From assembly GCA_904063045.1 (NCBI GenBank), contig CAJFCJ010000007.1, positions 2,859,404 through 2,923,403 of the forward strand: 64,000 nucleotides of DNA. The letters are read 5' to 3'. The translations under genes were made by a program, and so were the position numbers. Below are positions 13,042-25,600 of this stretch, one piece after another (the stretch's first letter is position 1; each line of letters opens with the position of its first letter). The stretch comes from Dimorphilus gyrociliatus (Eukaryota; Animalia; Annelida). The notes under the pieces are model-generated. The model was not told the DNA's origin. It ran no database searches and was given only the letters and a program-made list of their open reading frames with translations.

Positions 13042-15186
13042 ATGTCACGGAGCAGAGAAAACAGCCTCCAGGATCAGGTAGACTATTATAAGGAGAAAAA
13101 TCAAAAGCTTACTGCAAGATGCAAACAACTAGAAGATGTAGTTAAATCATTACAACATGAAAACAGCCTTCTTAAAGGAGAAAAACCAAATAAAAAAGAT
13201 TCAAGATCGAAAGAAGGAAGAGAGGCTGTAATTGATTATTCTTGGGCAGAAAATTTTGATACAAAACTAACAAGCCACCCTAAGACTGATACGTAAGACA
13301 TTTAGTATTATCAATGTGTTGATAAAAGAGAAATTAATATTATATATTATCTATATAGAGAAAGAAAATTGATTGAGGAAGCGTTTAAAAAGAATTTCCT
13401 TTTAGAAGATATAATAGATGAACAATTAGTGGAAATCGTCAATTGCATGTACAAACAAGAAATATCAGAGGGGAAGTTAATTTGTAAACAAGGCCAACGA
13501 GGCGATAGTGTATACGTATTAGTGAAAGGAAAATTATCAGTACAACAGGAAAAGGGAGAAAGTGAAATTATAATAAACAACATTGAGGATGGTCCAGAAA
13601 TATTTGGCGAGTTGGCTATTTTATATAATTGTAAGAGAACAGCCACAATACGTGCCGAGACGCAATGTACCGTTTTCGGAATAGATAGAAGCTCTTTTAA
13701 AGCAATTCTAGTTAGAAATACTATTTATAGAAGAGAAAAGTTTGTTTCTCTCATTAAAAAAACATTCGACTTTGAGAGTGAGGATCATTTTGAAAAAATT
13801 GCGGACGTTGCTGAATTACGATTCTTCCAAGAAGGAACCGAAATTATTAGGCAAGGAGAAAAAGGAACAGCTTTCTATATTATTTATAAGGGAAAGGTCA
13901 AAGTTTCGCAGAATAGTGATGATGGATCTCGGATCGAAATCAATAACTTAAAGGAGGGAAATTATTTTGGGGAAAAGAGTTTAACGAAAACTGACACGAC
14001 AACTGCAAATGTCATTGCGGATAAAGAAGGAACATCTTGCTTAACTATCACCAGAATAAACTTTATTAGATTAATGGGTGATATTCCAAGTTTAAGGAAA
14101 AGCATTCATCATAAAGATTATCTAGACTCCAAACCAAAAGTGAATCTGACAGAGATCAAGAAGAAGGAGAAAATTGACATTGATAAGAAATATCGAAATA
14201 TTACTCTTCAAACCCTTCGGAGAGGAGTAATCCTTGGAACAGGAGCTTTTGGAACTGTAGAACTTGCTACTCATGCATCATGTCCAAATGAATCTTTCGC
14301 TCTAAAATGCTTAAAAAAACAAGATATTATCGAAAGGAAGCAAAAGAAAGAAGTTATGTCCGAAAGAAAAATAATGATGACAAGTAAAAGTTGCGATTTT
14401 ATTGTACCAGTTTATAAAACCTTTAAAGACGCAAAATTTCTATACTTATTAATGCAAGCCTGTCTCGGAGGTGAAGTATGGACTTATCTTTCCAAGAATA
14501 AGGATGGCTTAGGTGACAAAGCCGTTAAATTTACAACAGCATGCGTTGTAGAGGCATTCGAATTTCTACATCGTAGGAACATTGTTTATAGAGATCTAAA
14601 ACCTGAGAATTTAGTACTAGACAATCAGGGTTATGTCAAATTGACCGATTTCGGATTTGCAAAGAAACTAAACAAGGGTCAGAAAACCTATACATTCTGT
14701 GGAACACCTGAATATGTCAGTCCCGAAGTAATCCTTAGTAAAGGTCACGATTGTTCAACAGATTATTGGGCATTAGGAATCCTTATTTATGAACTTTCAA
14801 CTGGAGAACCACCTTTCCAAGGCAATGATCCCTTGGATACGTATAAAATTATTATTGAAGGTATTAACTCCAGACCAATGCCAAAGACATTAAGTAAGCA
14901 CACCAGAGATTTAATCTTTAAATTGTGCTGCGACGAACCGACCGAAAGGTTAGGTTGCCAAGCCAACGGTGTAAAAGATATAAGAAGACACAAGTGGTTT
15001 TCTGGTTTTGACTTTTGGAGTTTACGTTTAAGACAACTTAGAATACCTAAAGTATTTCGAACGCCACCAAAAAATCTCACTGATACGTCAAACTTTCAAG
15101 AGTTTAGAAAGGAAGATGAAGATATCGAAGACGTATATGATTCTTGGGATGAGGAGTTCGATTGCGATTTTCCAAATGAAGATTAA
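13042..15186 (+). CDS. cGMP-dependent protein kinase (PKG/PRKG family), divergent paralog
   Basis: Exons 13042-13292 (coiled coil/leucine zipper) and 13359-15186. Two CNB domains (FGELAILYNCKRTAT; FGEKSLTKTDTTTAN), kinase motifs LGTGAFG, FALK, YRDLKPEN, DFG, TFCGTPEY, and an AGC C-tail (DTSNF..SWDEEF). Confidence 0.95.
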
Positions 15187-15357
15187 CAATGTATTCATTT
15201 TATTGCAAAACTAATGAATTGATTGACTGACTAATGAATGAATTAATTAAAATAATTAATTATACATGTACATATATACTATATATATATATTTATTTAC
15301 TATTATTAACTAGTAAATTTCATTAAAGCATTATAAAAATCATTGTGTTTGTATTTG

Positions 15358-16654
15358 TCACTGTGCGTTGCAATCGAAAGCAAAACTACTATTTAGGTAA
15401 GTAATTATCCTGTCTTGTATACAAGTGGGAAAATATGATAGAGGTATGAAAAAATAACGACAGTCCCTTCCAACAGCATAACGCTTTCTAGGCCATTTCG
15501 AAAAGATTGCATTCTCGTAAGCGTTCGTTACATCTTCCAATTTAGTTGAAGCGTTCTTCTGGAGGAACTTGACTCCTTTCATATCTTTATTGGTTTCTCT
15601 TTTTAGTATAGAATATTTTTCTTTTATAAAAAGGTAAAATTGAACTTACTATGTTCCAAAAACTTTTCTTTAATTTTGTTACGTTTCTCCTCTGAATACC
15701 TTTCAAGTGCTCCTAAAGCGAAATTTTTCATCCTCTTTTCGCATAGTATGCTTGTATTGTAAAATCCAGGCTCAATCATATGAACACTTACATTCCTTCT
15801 GTTCATCTTCAAAGTGACCCTTTGTTTGTCAAAACGTTAAAATTGATTAGATTTTTTTTTCAACACGAAGATTAAAATACCTTAGGCAGTCTGAGAAACT
15901 CTCTGTAGCGTGTTTACTAATGATGTATGGAATATTATGAGGTGCGTAGGTTCTGCCCGCTGCCGAAGTCATATTAACAATCCTACCATTAGCTTTACAC
16001 AACAGAGGAAGTAATTTAATTGACAAATTGATAATGGCTATTGTGTTGACATCTAACACTTTACTAAAATCTTCCCATCGATATATATCAATGTCCCCAA
16101 TAACTGATTGAGCAGGAATACCGGCATTATTAACAAGAGCATGTAGCCCACAATTGGATAGGTCTTTTTCTAATTCATCTTTCAATTTATCAACCTGATC
16201 AGTTGCGGTTACATCTAGTAATACAGTACGGAGACGTGATGAGCATTCTTTCTCTAAACTTTCTCTTCCCTCTATAGTTAAGCAAGTAGCTATGACAAAT
16301 ACGCCTTTGCCATCAAGTTGTTGAGCTAATTTATGGCCGAAACCTTTAATGAAAACAGCTTTAAATTAGATACAAAAATAGAAATAATAAAAATAAAGTC
16401 ACTTAAATGGACAAATAATTGAAAATTATATACAAAAACTTATTTTTCTTATTCACTAAGTAATATTAATGGATTAATTTCTATATATAATATTTATATA
16501 ACTCACCACTATCACAACCGGTTATTAATACATGTTTCTTTCTTATTTCTGCTATGTAAAAGGATCTAAGATAATTTTCAATAATTCTAGTTAATAATAT
16601 TAATAAGAGAACAAATAATGCTACAACTGTGATGCTTTTCAATATATCTAGCAT
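15358..16654 (-). CDS. Short-chain dehydrogenase/reductase, RDH/17-beta-HSD6 (SDR9C)-like, copy 1
   Basis: N-terminal TM segment, VLITGCDSG|FG, ALVNNAG, NMTS, catalytic YIISK, HMIEPGFY and C-terminal RKRYAVGRD. Four exons with canonical splice sites; ATG at 16654. Confidence 0.92.
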
Positions 16655-17087
16655 TGTTTTATCTAAAGCTAATAGTTTTCTTTTATTGTCTGTTTACAAA
16701 TATGACTGATCGATAATACCAAATAGTTTAGAATATTTCGTGTAGCATTCTTAGAGCTTTTTGTTTTTCAAAGTTTACCGCCATCTACCAGATAATTTCG
16801 TAAGTAAAGATAATTAAATAATTTATATAAATAATTATATTATTACGTATAATTATCAATTAAGTAATCATAACAGTTCTTATATAAATATATATCTTTT
16901 ATTATGTACATTATATATATATATTTAACTTTTTATATAATATCTAAAATCTTTAAAATTGTGATCGAATCAAGCTTCCAAATTGATGTTGAAGGACTAT
17001 GATATTATCTCATACTTGGTGGGCTAACTGCAAATTCATTTATAAATATCTGGAAGAGTAAACAAACTCCAAAAAACTACTTTCTTA

Positions 17088-20000
17088 CTAAATTTTCGGC
17101 CAAGTTTCAAGTCGAAAACCTTGGCAATCATTTCTTATACATAATCGCCTTTTGTCATCGAATGGAATATAATGTCGCCCAGTTAAAAGAGAATTTTGTC
17201 TCATTATAACTTCATCTTTTGAAGGAAATATTCCCTTCTTGTTTGTATTATTTTTACAAGAAATCATTAAATTTTCATCCATGTCCGATGCTGATGAGCT
17301 TAAACTTCTTGTTTCATAATCAAATTCATTGGTATTCAATGGATTAAGAGTTACGTAACATGATTTAAAATGATTTGACTTTTTAAAGTTATCCTGGCAG
17401 TTTATTTTCCCTTTGTCTAACCGTAAATCCAAATTGCAATTAACTGATTCAGCGTCCGACGTTGCGCTACCAATTTCATATTCCATCTGATTTGTATTTG
17501 TAGGTAAAAGTTCTAACAGACAACGTTTAGATGGCTTTACAATTCTGAGAGAAGATTCTTGATTAGCACGGTATTTACAAGGGCAAAGAGTTGTTTTATT
17601 TTGTCTTTGGGCCATACCAAATCGTAATTTTTCAAAGTTATTAAGTTTTTTAATACAAATTCTTTTATTCAATTCTTTTCCAATTATTCCAAAATTACCG
17701 TTTACCAAACTCCTAAATGAGAGATGAATAGATGAACAATTTGTAATCGTTTAAATAATTTGTAATTACTTTTTTTCTATAATTTCAGTTTGAATACATT
17801 TATCGTATTTTTCATAATTTAATGAATAATTAATAATCTATTTGAGGTAGAAGAAAAATATTAACATAGTATTACATGACATTTCCCTATGTAAAAATAA
17901 AAAAGGCTGGTTCAAGAAAACTAACGCTATTTTCCAAGGTCAATAAAGTTTGTATAGCTATAGTTTTCACCATTGCATTTGTAGTTTCTGTTAGCTGATT
18001 AAATTTTTTTACTCCTGTAGTTGTAGACCTAGATAGAAAAGTAAAAAATATTTATTGTTCTATTTACAAGTCTAAAAATAGGTAGAGTAAGTGTAAGAGA
18101 GAGAGAGAGAGAGAAAAAGTTAAAAGGAAGAAGATAATATGAATTACGTAATATTCCCATTATCACTTTCAAAGTTAAATGAATTTTGTTGATTTATTGT
18201 TATGGAATTTTGCATTTCGCTTGTTTCAATTCTATTTGCCTCAGTGAAATCTGATGAGAGAAGGTCATAACATTTTTGACATTTCTTTCTTGACTGAGTC
18301 ATTGATGATTTTTGACGTTTATCAAGTTCATCGTCAGATTCTTTTTCACTGTTGGAATCTATACTGATTGTATGAAATGATTGAGAAGTGGAATTCAATA
18401 TCAAGCTTGAATTGCAATTATTATTATTCAGATTTCCACCCACAGACGAATTATAGGTCTCCACCTTTTCTTGCCTAATAATACTCCTTCCACATTCTAT
18501 CACCTCTTTTAGTTTGATAATATCAACATTGTGATTAATCGTTTCGTCATTCACTAAAGAATTTGATTTTAGTCTTTCGTAAAAATTCTGGTCATTATCT
18601 CCTTTGGGTAGGCCTACAGATTCTAGAGGATAATTTCTCTGTTTTATAGCAGCCGCTAGCTATTTAAGTGATAATTAAAATTCGAGGCAAGCTTATTTAT
18701 TGCGTAATACGTACTTTGTCATTTATTTGATTTGCCAAATCTGATTGTAATTTGATTACTTTTTTATGAGTCGTCCCATTACTGCTGCAATTAAAGCTGT
18801 TTTTCTAAAAAAAAAGAAAAAGCAAGAACATTCCAACTAAAACTTGAGATAAATAACCAACAAGGAATAAAATATTTCATAAATCAGCGAAAAAGATAAT
18901 AAGAATAATAATAGATCAAATCTTATCCTACCTTAGACAAGTGTTTGATGTTAGTTTCAAGATAACCTTTCAATTTGTTAACGTCTGGTTTAACAAAGTA
19001 TTTACTAGTTAAGCCTAATCGTTCAGTTGAAATCTATACAATTTTTATTATTATAGAAAAAATGTTCTTTTTTTTTTTTTAATAGAACAAACCCTCGTTT
19101 CTTTAGAATTGAAAGAATCTGTAACCGTGTTACCTATATTTTCGGCAAACTGTAAAGAAATAGCTTTGTTTTTTATATAATTTCTTTATGTTTTATGTAA
19201 AATAACTAACATATTCTAAATTTTTTACCCGTTTCCATTCATTAACATTATAAAAAATTCTTTTTCTATGTATTTCATTAATTTTTTTAATTAAGTCATT
19301 AGTTTTTGTTAAACAACATTGAATAGATTTATCTGTTAATCTTTGTTTATTATCTTTCATCTTTTTCATTATTATTGAAAGATAAAAAGAGTTAAAATTT
19401 TCAAAATATAATATATGAAAGAGATAGAGAACTTACTTTCTCAGGTGTGGACGATACTCGGTAATTAAGAGAGCTTGGATGGATTTGTTCGACTGTTGGC
19501 AAAATATAGAGTTGATTTACCAGGTTATTATTGTTCTGATCTAAGCTATCAGAATCAGTAAAATGTTTCTTGTTTATAGTTGAATTATTAACTAAACTCT
19601 GTTTAAAAGTAACATTGAAATTAATGATAAACAAGAGAAAAAGAAAAAAATCTGTTGTTTTGTTTTGAGGTTATTCTTTATTACTTTTAACCTATTTGCC
19701 TTAAACTATAAGAGATAAAAAGGTATACTTCTTTTGTTAATATAGATTCAGGTCTTTTAAGAGAATCCTTAAAATGAATGCACTTTGGTACAAATTTAAA
19801 TATGTTCATTTTCTCATCAACTTGTTTTGCTTTACTTTCATATAGTTTAACTAAAGAGGAGACTTGACTAAGGGAATCAAAATTAGACTTTTCTCCTTTG
19901 TTTATTGGATAACTTTTCATCGTGCTGGAATCAATTTGGTTTTGAGCTGAAATAGCCTGTGTATAACGTTCACTTTCGTAAACTGAATGGCCCGAGGGGA

Positions 20001-20136
20001 ATGAATAAACTTTTCCAGATGTTGAATTTAATAGTGGAACTTTTCCCGAAAAAATACTACGATTACAATCTTCTTTAGAATCGGAACTTTGAGAAAGGAA
20101 AGTTTTTAAATCGGGTCCCGATGTTTTACAGTTCAT
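17088..20136 (-). CDS. Uncharacterised Ser/Asn/Lys-rich protein (about 750 aa, about 10 exons)
   Basis: Phase-consistent GT-AG chain: about 19711-20136, about 19437-19615, about 19230-19360, about 19093-19149, about 18932-19033, about 18710-18805, about 18150-18660, about 17920-18028, 17770-17839, 17088-17712. I recognise no domain. Confidence 0.7.
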
Positions 20137-20755
20137 ACTCTTTAAACGTGTAAGATTAGCATCTTAAAGTTATTAGTATCTTTTGTTGGCGCCATTGTTT
20201 TTTGTTTACATTTATCCATTTAAATATTTAAAGACGTATATTCTTTATTTATATATAAATAGGCATTATATAGTAAGCCTTAACCAAATATCTAGGAATG
20301 TTATTACGAGATATGATCAATTTTATCTCTAAATTTCTATTCATTTTGATTCAACCTAATTTTATTATCCCATCTGCACATAGAAACATATCTTGAACAT
20401 CTACATAACTATTAAGATAATTAGAATACATATGTGTACATTCATGTATTTCTATTCAAATGGCTGGATCTGTTACGTTGGGTCGGCATGACCCCAAGAG
20501 ATGCTGGATTTTTTTTTTTAACATTTTTTATATTCAAGTGTATAAGTCTGCGTATGCGTCTGTATATAGGCGTGTGTATTTGCATACGTGTATGAGTGTG
20601 TATGTATGTGCAAGATGATAAATATATAGAGATATATACCTATCTTTCAATGCTTAACTCTTCATGCCAAACATCTGTTTATTTTCAACATTTATCCGGA
20701 AAACTTTACATATGTCTAAATGAGGACAATTACAGGGCAAAATAGAAGGGTTTTT

Positions 20756-21922
20756 TTACGGTGTACTTTTAACAATAAGATAATCAGATATAAAAGATGG
20801 AAGATAAAATATTGGAATGAATATAAAGTACATATCTTTGCCAATGGAGTAACGTTTTCTCGGAAGTTTGGACAAAATAGCGTTCTCATACGCATCAGTA
20901 ACCTCTTGTAGATCTTTCGATGCATTTAACGTATAATAATCATTAATTTTCAAATCTGAAATAAAAAGATAAAGAACTGTAAGAATTATTTGTAATCGTG
21001 TTGTTCTAATTTGGCGTACATTTGTCTGTATAATACGTTTTTACTCTATATTTCTCTTTAGATTCTTCTGGAAGACGATCGAAACCTGCTATCAACTTCT
21101 TTGTTAACAGTTTTGGGCATAGTAGATTCGTTACATATAGTCCTGGCTCCATTAAATGAACGCTCACACTACTTTTGCGATGTTGAAGTGTAGTTCTATT
21201 AAAAGAAAAATTAACAAATTAAATCTTCTTAGAGAAGATAAGTCAGCTTTTGTAAACCTTAGGGAGTCAGTCAATCCTTCTGTTGCATGTTTGCTCATAC
21301 AGTATGGCAATAAGTTAGGTGAAGCCATCCTTCCAATTGCCGATCCCATATTTATTATTCTTCCTTTTGCCTTTTCCAATAATGGTAAGAATCGTATAGA
21401 TAAATTTGCCATAGCTACTGTATTAACGTGTAAAACTTCCAGAAAGTCCTTGGATTCATAGCATTCTAAATCACCAGAAACACTTGGACCCCTTATTCCA
21501 GCATTGTTAACTAGAGCGTGAAGTCCATTTTTTAATTTAGTTTCCAATTTATTTCGAAGTTCTAAAACCTGTTCGTCATTTGTTACGTCAAGAATAAATG
21601 TTTGTATTCGACTTGAACACTCATGTTTTAAATCTTTTTCCCCTTCTTCAGTTAAACAAGTGGCTATTACTGGAATTCCTTTAGAATCTAAATGAACAGC
21701 AAGACTCTTTCCAAAACCTATTAGAAATATCCAAAAAAAAGCTAATGCTTAAGCTGTAAGTATTGTTAATAAATGATATTTACCCGAATCGCATCCTGTT
21801 ATTAGAACGTATCGTTTGTATAAATCTGTTATATAGACTGACCTTATGCATCTTTCAATTGTTTTTGCAATAATGAGAAAAGTTAGCGAAATACCGAACC
21901 AATACAAAACAGTCCAAATCAT
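20756..21922 (-). CDS. Short-chain dehydrogenase/reductase, RDH/SDR9C-like, copy 2
   Basis: MIWTVLYWFG..VLITGCDSG|FG, HALVNNAG, NMGS, catalytic YCMSK, MEPG and LPRKRYSIGKD. Same intron positions as copy 1. Confidence 0.92.
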
Positions 21923-22670
21923 TGTTAGTCAGAAATTGATGACTAAATGAAGAACTAAGCTCGATAACGTATTTGCACCACATGTCTATCAGTTCATCCA
22001 TCGAAACTTCATTAGGTTACATCTGTCATATATATATGATATTCCACTAATAAATATTGTTTTTTTTAATTTCCATTGTCTTTATTTTCTACAGCATTTA
22101 ATACGAATTTAAATAAATTTTTGCTTCGTTTGTCACTTGGGAGGAATTTGCCTTTTTCTACCATATAAAGATGACAAACAACAGTCTTTTTTCTTGGTTT
22201 TTATACAGTGTATAGCTAAAGGAAACAATAGAAGTATTTGTACCTTATTATTGATTAGTATTATAATATATATGCATATCTATATGCTGTTACATGATTC
22301 TCTTTTATCAAATATTTCCCTTATATATATAGTATCTATTTGATATATATTATAAATAACAGCCTACGATACTTTCACACTGTTTCTAAGTATTATTCTA
22401 TTTTTTTTAGAGTATTTCTTCAGTAGTGAAAATACCAGATTCGAAAGGTGTTTTTTCAAGTCACTTTTCCATACGTTTTTTTCAAACAAAGGTCAGTTAT
22501 ATAACCTTTTCTTGCTAAACATCTGTCTACAGTATTTAAGTAAGTAAACTTCTTTCTTTTGCTATGAATATAGGCCTATAGGGGGAGCGCGGGGACCAGA
22601 CTATTTTGCATATGTATGAATGTGATACTGGTTGAGACGTAGTGATTATTTTCAGGATTATTCTTGTAAT

Positions 22671-25600
22671 ATGAACGAAAATGGAATACCAAAACGATCC
22701 TTTGCAAATCATCTTGCCTCTAGATCGGCCGCCAAAGTTAGAGAATGCGTATCTGTTGCGGTTCGTGAATCTATGGGACAGGTTCGTGTAGTTCTTTTTT
22801 TTCGGACTTCAGTTAATGTTTAAGTGTAGGTTAAACTGATTAAATTTCATTAATCTTATGTTATTCACATCTGCACCATGACATTTGCAAAATATGAAAA
22901 CGCACGGGAGACTTGACTTCACAATAAATATGTATAATGCTTATAAAAATATCAAATTAATCTAACATCGAAATGATATAGACGGGGATCCTTATAAAAT
23001 ATATATCTCATTAATAAAATAAAACAAAAATCCATTAAACTTTAGGAATTTTTATAGCTTAATAAAGTGATAAGATAACATAATTTTTGTACTCGTGTAT
23101 CGTTTAGTAGATCCATACACCGTAGCAAATCATTGATTCACATATATTTCTACGCTATTCTAAAGAATCAGCGAAAATAGAGTACAAAAAAAAACAACAC
23201 ACATATAGAATCTCCCTTTTCTCCTTGTCTTATTATTATTTATATGATTTGAATTCTGATAATATCTTTTTGTTTTATGATGGTAATTTCTACCTTCTGT
23301 CAGTTTTTTAACAGACTGACTAAATAAACCGTAACGGCTATGGTTGTGTGTATATTTTGTCTGTTTTCAATTAGCTAAGCAGGTGTTAAGGGCATGGAGA
23401 TTATTCCTTAACCGTTCTTCTTCTCGTATTTTTCTTCATTTCTCTTTCCCGTCTCTTATGATTCTTCATTATCTCTCCTCCATTTTTATTCCCAATTGCA
23501 TAATATAAACTATACAAACTCCTTGGAAAAGAGTAGCTAAGATTATTAATAAAAAAGAGAATTATATAGTTTTTACTATAGTTTCTCAATCATCTCTATC
23601 CATTGTCTTTATTTTACCAACTTTCCGGAAATCGTGAGTTTATTTATAACAAAGAAAATAGAAAGATCTATTAAAATGTTTCTTTTTTTTTATCTGTTTT
23701 TCTAAATATACTATATACATAAAAAAAATTATAAATAGTATTTATACAAGTCTATCTGATATGGTTCAGATTGTTCTGAGTTGCGGAGCCGTACGTTCTA
23801 AAAGTTTACGCGTGTTATAAGCTAAACTGGTACTAAAGATTTAAAAAGAATACGTATATATACTGTATATATATATATTTATATATGTGTATATTTATGA
23901 AAGTAGATACATACTTTTATATGCCTACATATACAGTATATATATATATATATAAATATATTTTATGTATTCTTAAATAAGAAAAAACTACTGAAAAACA
24001 ATGACAAAGGATAAGAAAGAGAAAAGAGTAGAGGAAAGAAAGGAATCGATTGAGGATATTAATTTAGAATATTACGAATTTGTAAGTTGTCATTCATTTT
24101 TGGCTTTGCATCCTATTTACATACAATGCAATTTTCGACCTTTTAATTTAAGCTATATAACATTTTCCTTATCGCTACAAGTCATTGTTTCCTGAACGTA
24201 TATTTTTAGCCTAAAGGTAACATTTTAAGTAATAATAAAAAAGAAAGATCGTTTTTCATTTTGTCAATAAAAACAAAATAGGTTACAAACCGTTGATGAT
24301 ATTATTTAGGCAAAGTTTTGTGTGTTTTAATATACCTAGAATGCTTCTCTCCAATAAATTGATGAATAGTATTTTTATCCTGGTTTAGGTGACATCACTT
24401 GTAAACATTTTAATAGATAAAGGCTAACCAATTGCCTTATACTAATGCCAAATAATTGTAGCAATTTTCGGTGAAAATACTTCCATTGGTTTACTTCGTA
24501 TTTGATTCTAGGATGCAGTCGATAGAGAAGGGTGTGTTTGATAATTTGATATCAAATTCTTTTAAAATTGTTTTTTCTCCATTTTCTTCGATTGTACGTA
24601 ATTTAATATTGTGTTGCGTAACTAATTTTAATTAATGGAACTTTTTTTATGATCTATTTTTTAAGAAGGAGTTTTTTTTACACTTTTATCTCTTCACAGC
24701 CAACCGGAAGACAATGTCCTTCTCCCGTAAACTATGAACAATTGGTCAGTAAAAATAAACAAAGCATTCAATGCGATGGGAGTCGAGATATGCTTCAATT
24801 TCCCTCTGACGACATATGCAACTCTGACGTCGAACGCCGAATTAGAACGATTAAACATTCCTATACTGATAGCTTAGATGCCTCCTCCCTTATAGTTAGA
24901 GAATCGATAAAGAATTATAGGGAGGCTCATCGAGTCGTTCACTTTAAATACTCTTCATACGGGGATTCTTATTTAAAACTTCCGAGAAGGGGTACTAACG
25001 ATGGAGAAATCTCTAAAGAAGTGTTTGAATGCGATATTGAAGAGAAACGTAGAATACACGTTAATGGCGACACAGAATCAATAGCCGAATTAAAAAGGGG
25101 ATGGTTGTTTGTTAGGGAAGAGACGGGCATTTTTACGAAACCTGGTAAACGTCGATACGTTATTCTGAAACGGTATGCTGACGGTAGTCATGTTCTACTC
25201 TTCCACAAGGATCCTAAATGCATTGAAAGTCAAAAGCTACAAATTAATCTTGATAGTTCGTTCACTGTTAATTATAATGATAAAAGGACATTTTGTATCA
25301 AATCTGAGAAGGATAAGTCTCACCTACTCAGTGCAGACAACGATTTAGAAACTAGCGATTGGCTAAGCCAATTGGAAAGAATTAGAGATAAGCGCAATCG
25401 TAGTCCTACGATGAGTTGTAAAAGTTCTTCTTCGTCTTCCTCCTTCAGTAGTAACTTTGATAGCGTTGATAGTAATTATTCGCCAGAGCTACAAAACTAT
25501 ATTAAAGAGACTGATACTTCTTTGGCCATAAAGCGTAAGGAAAATAGACGTGCTCTGTTTTCATTAGTAGATATGGCAGATAAAGAGGCAACCAAAATTC

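Noticed and set aside
24389-24400. Possible 12-nt microexon (VTSL) in DOCK intron 1
   Set aside because: The donor GTAAAC and the pyrimidine tract are only moderate; such matches are expected by chance in a 1.9-kb AT-rich intron.
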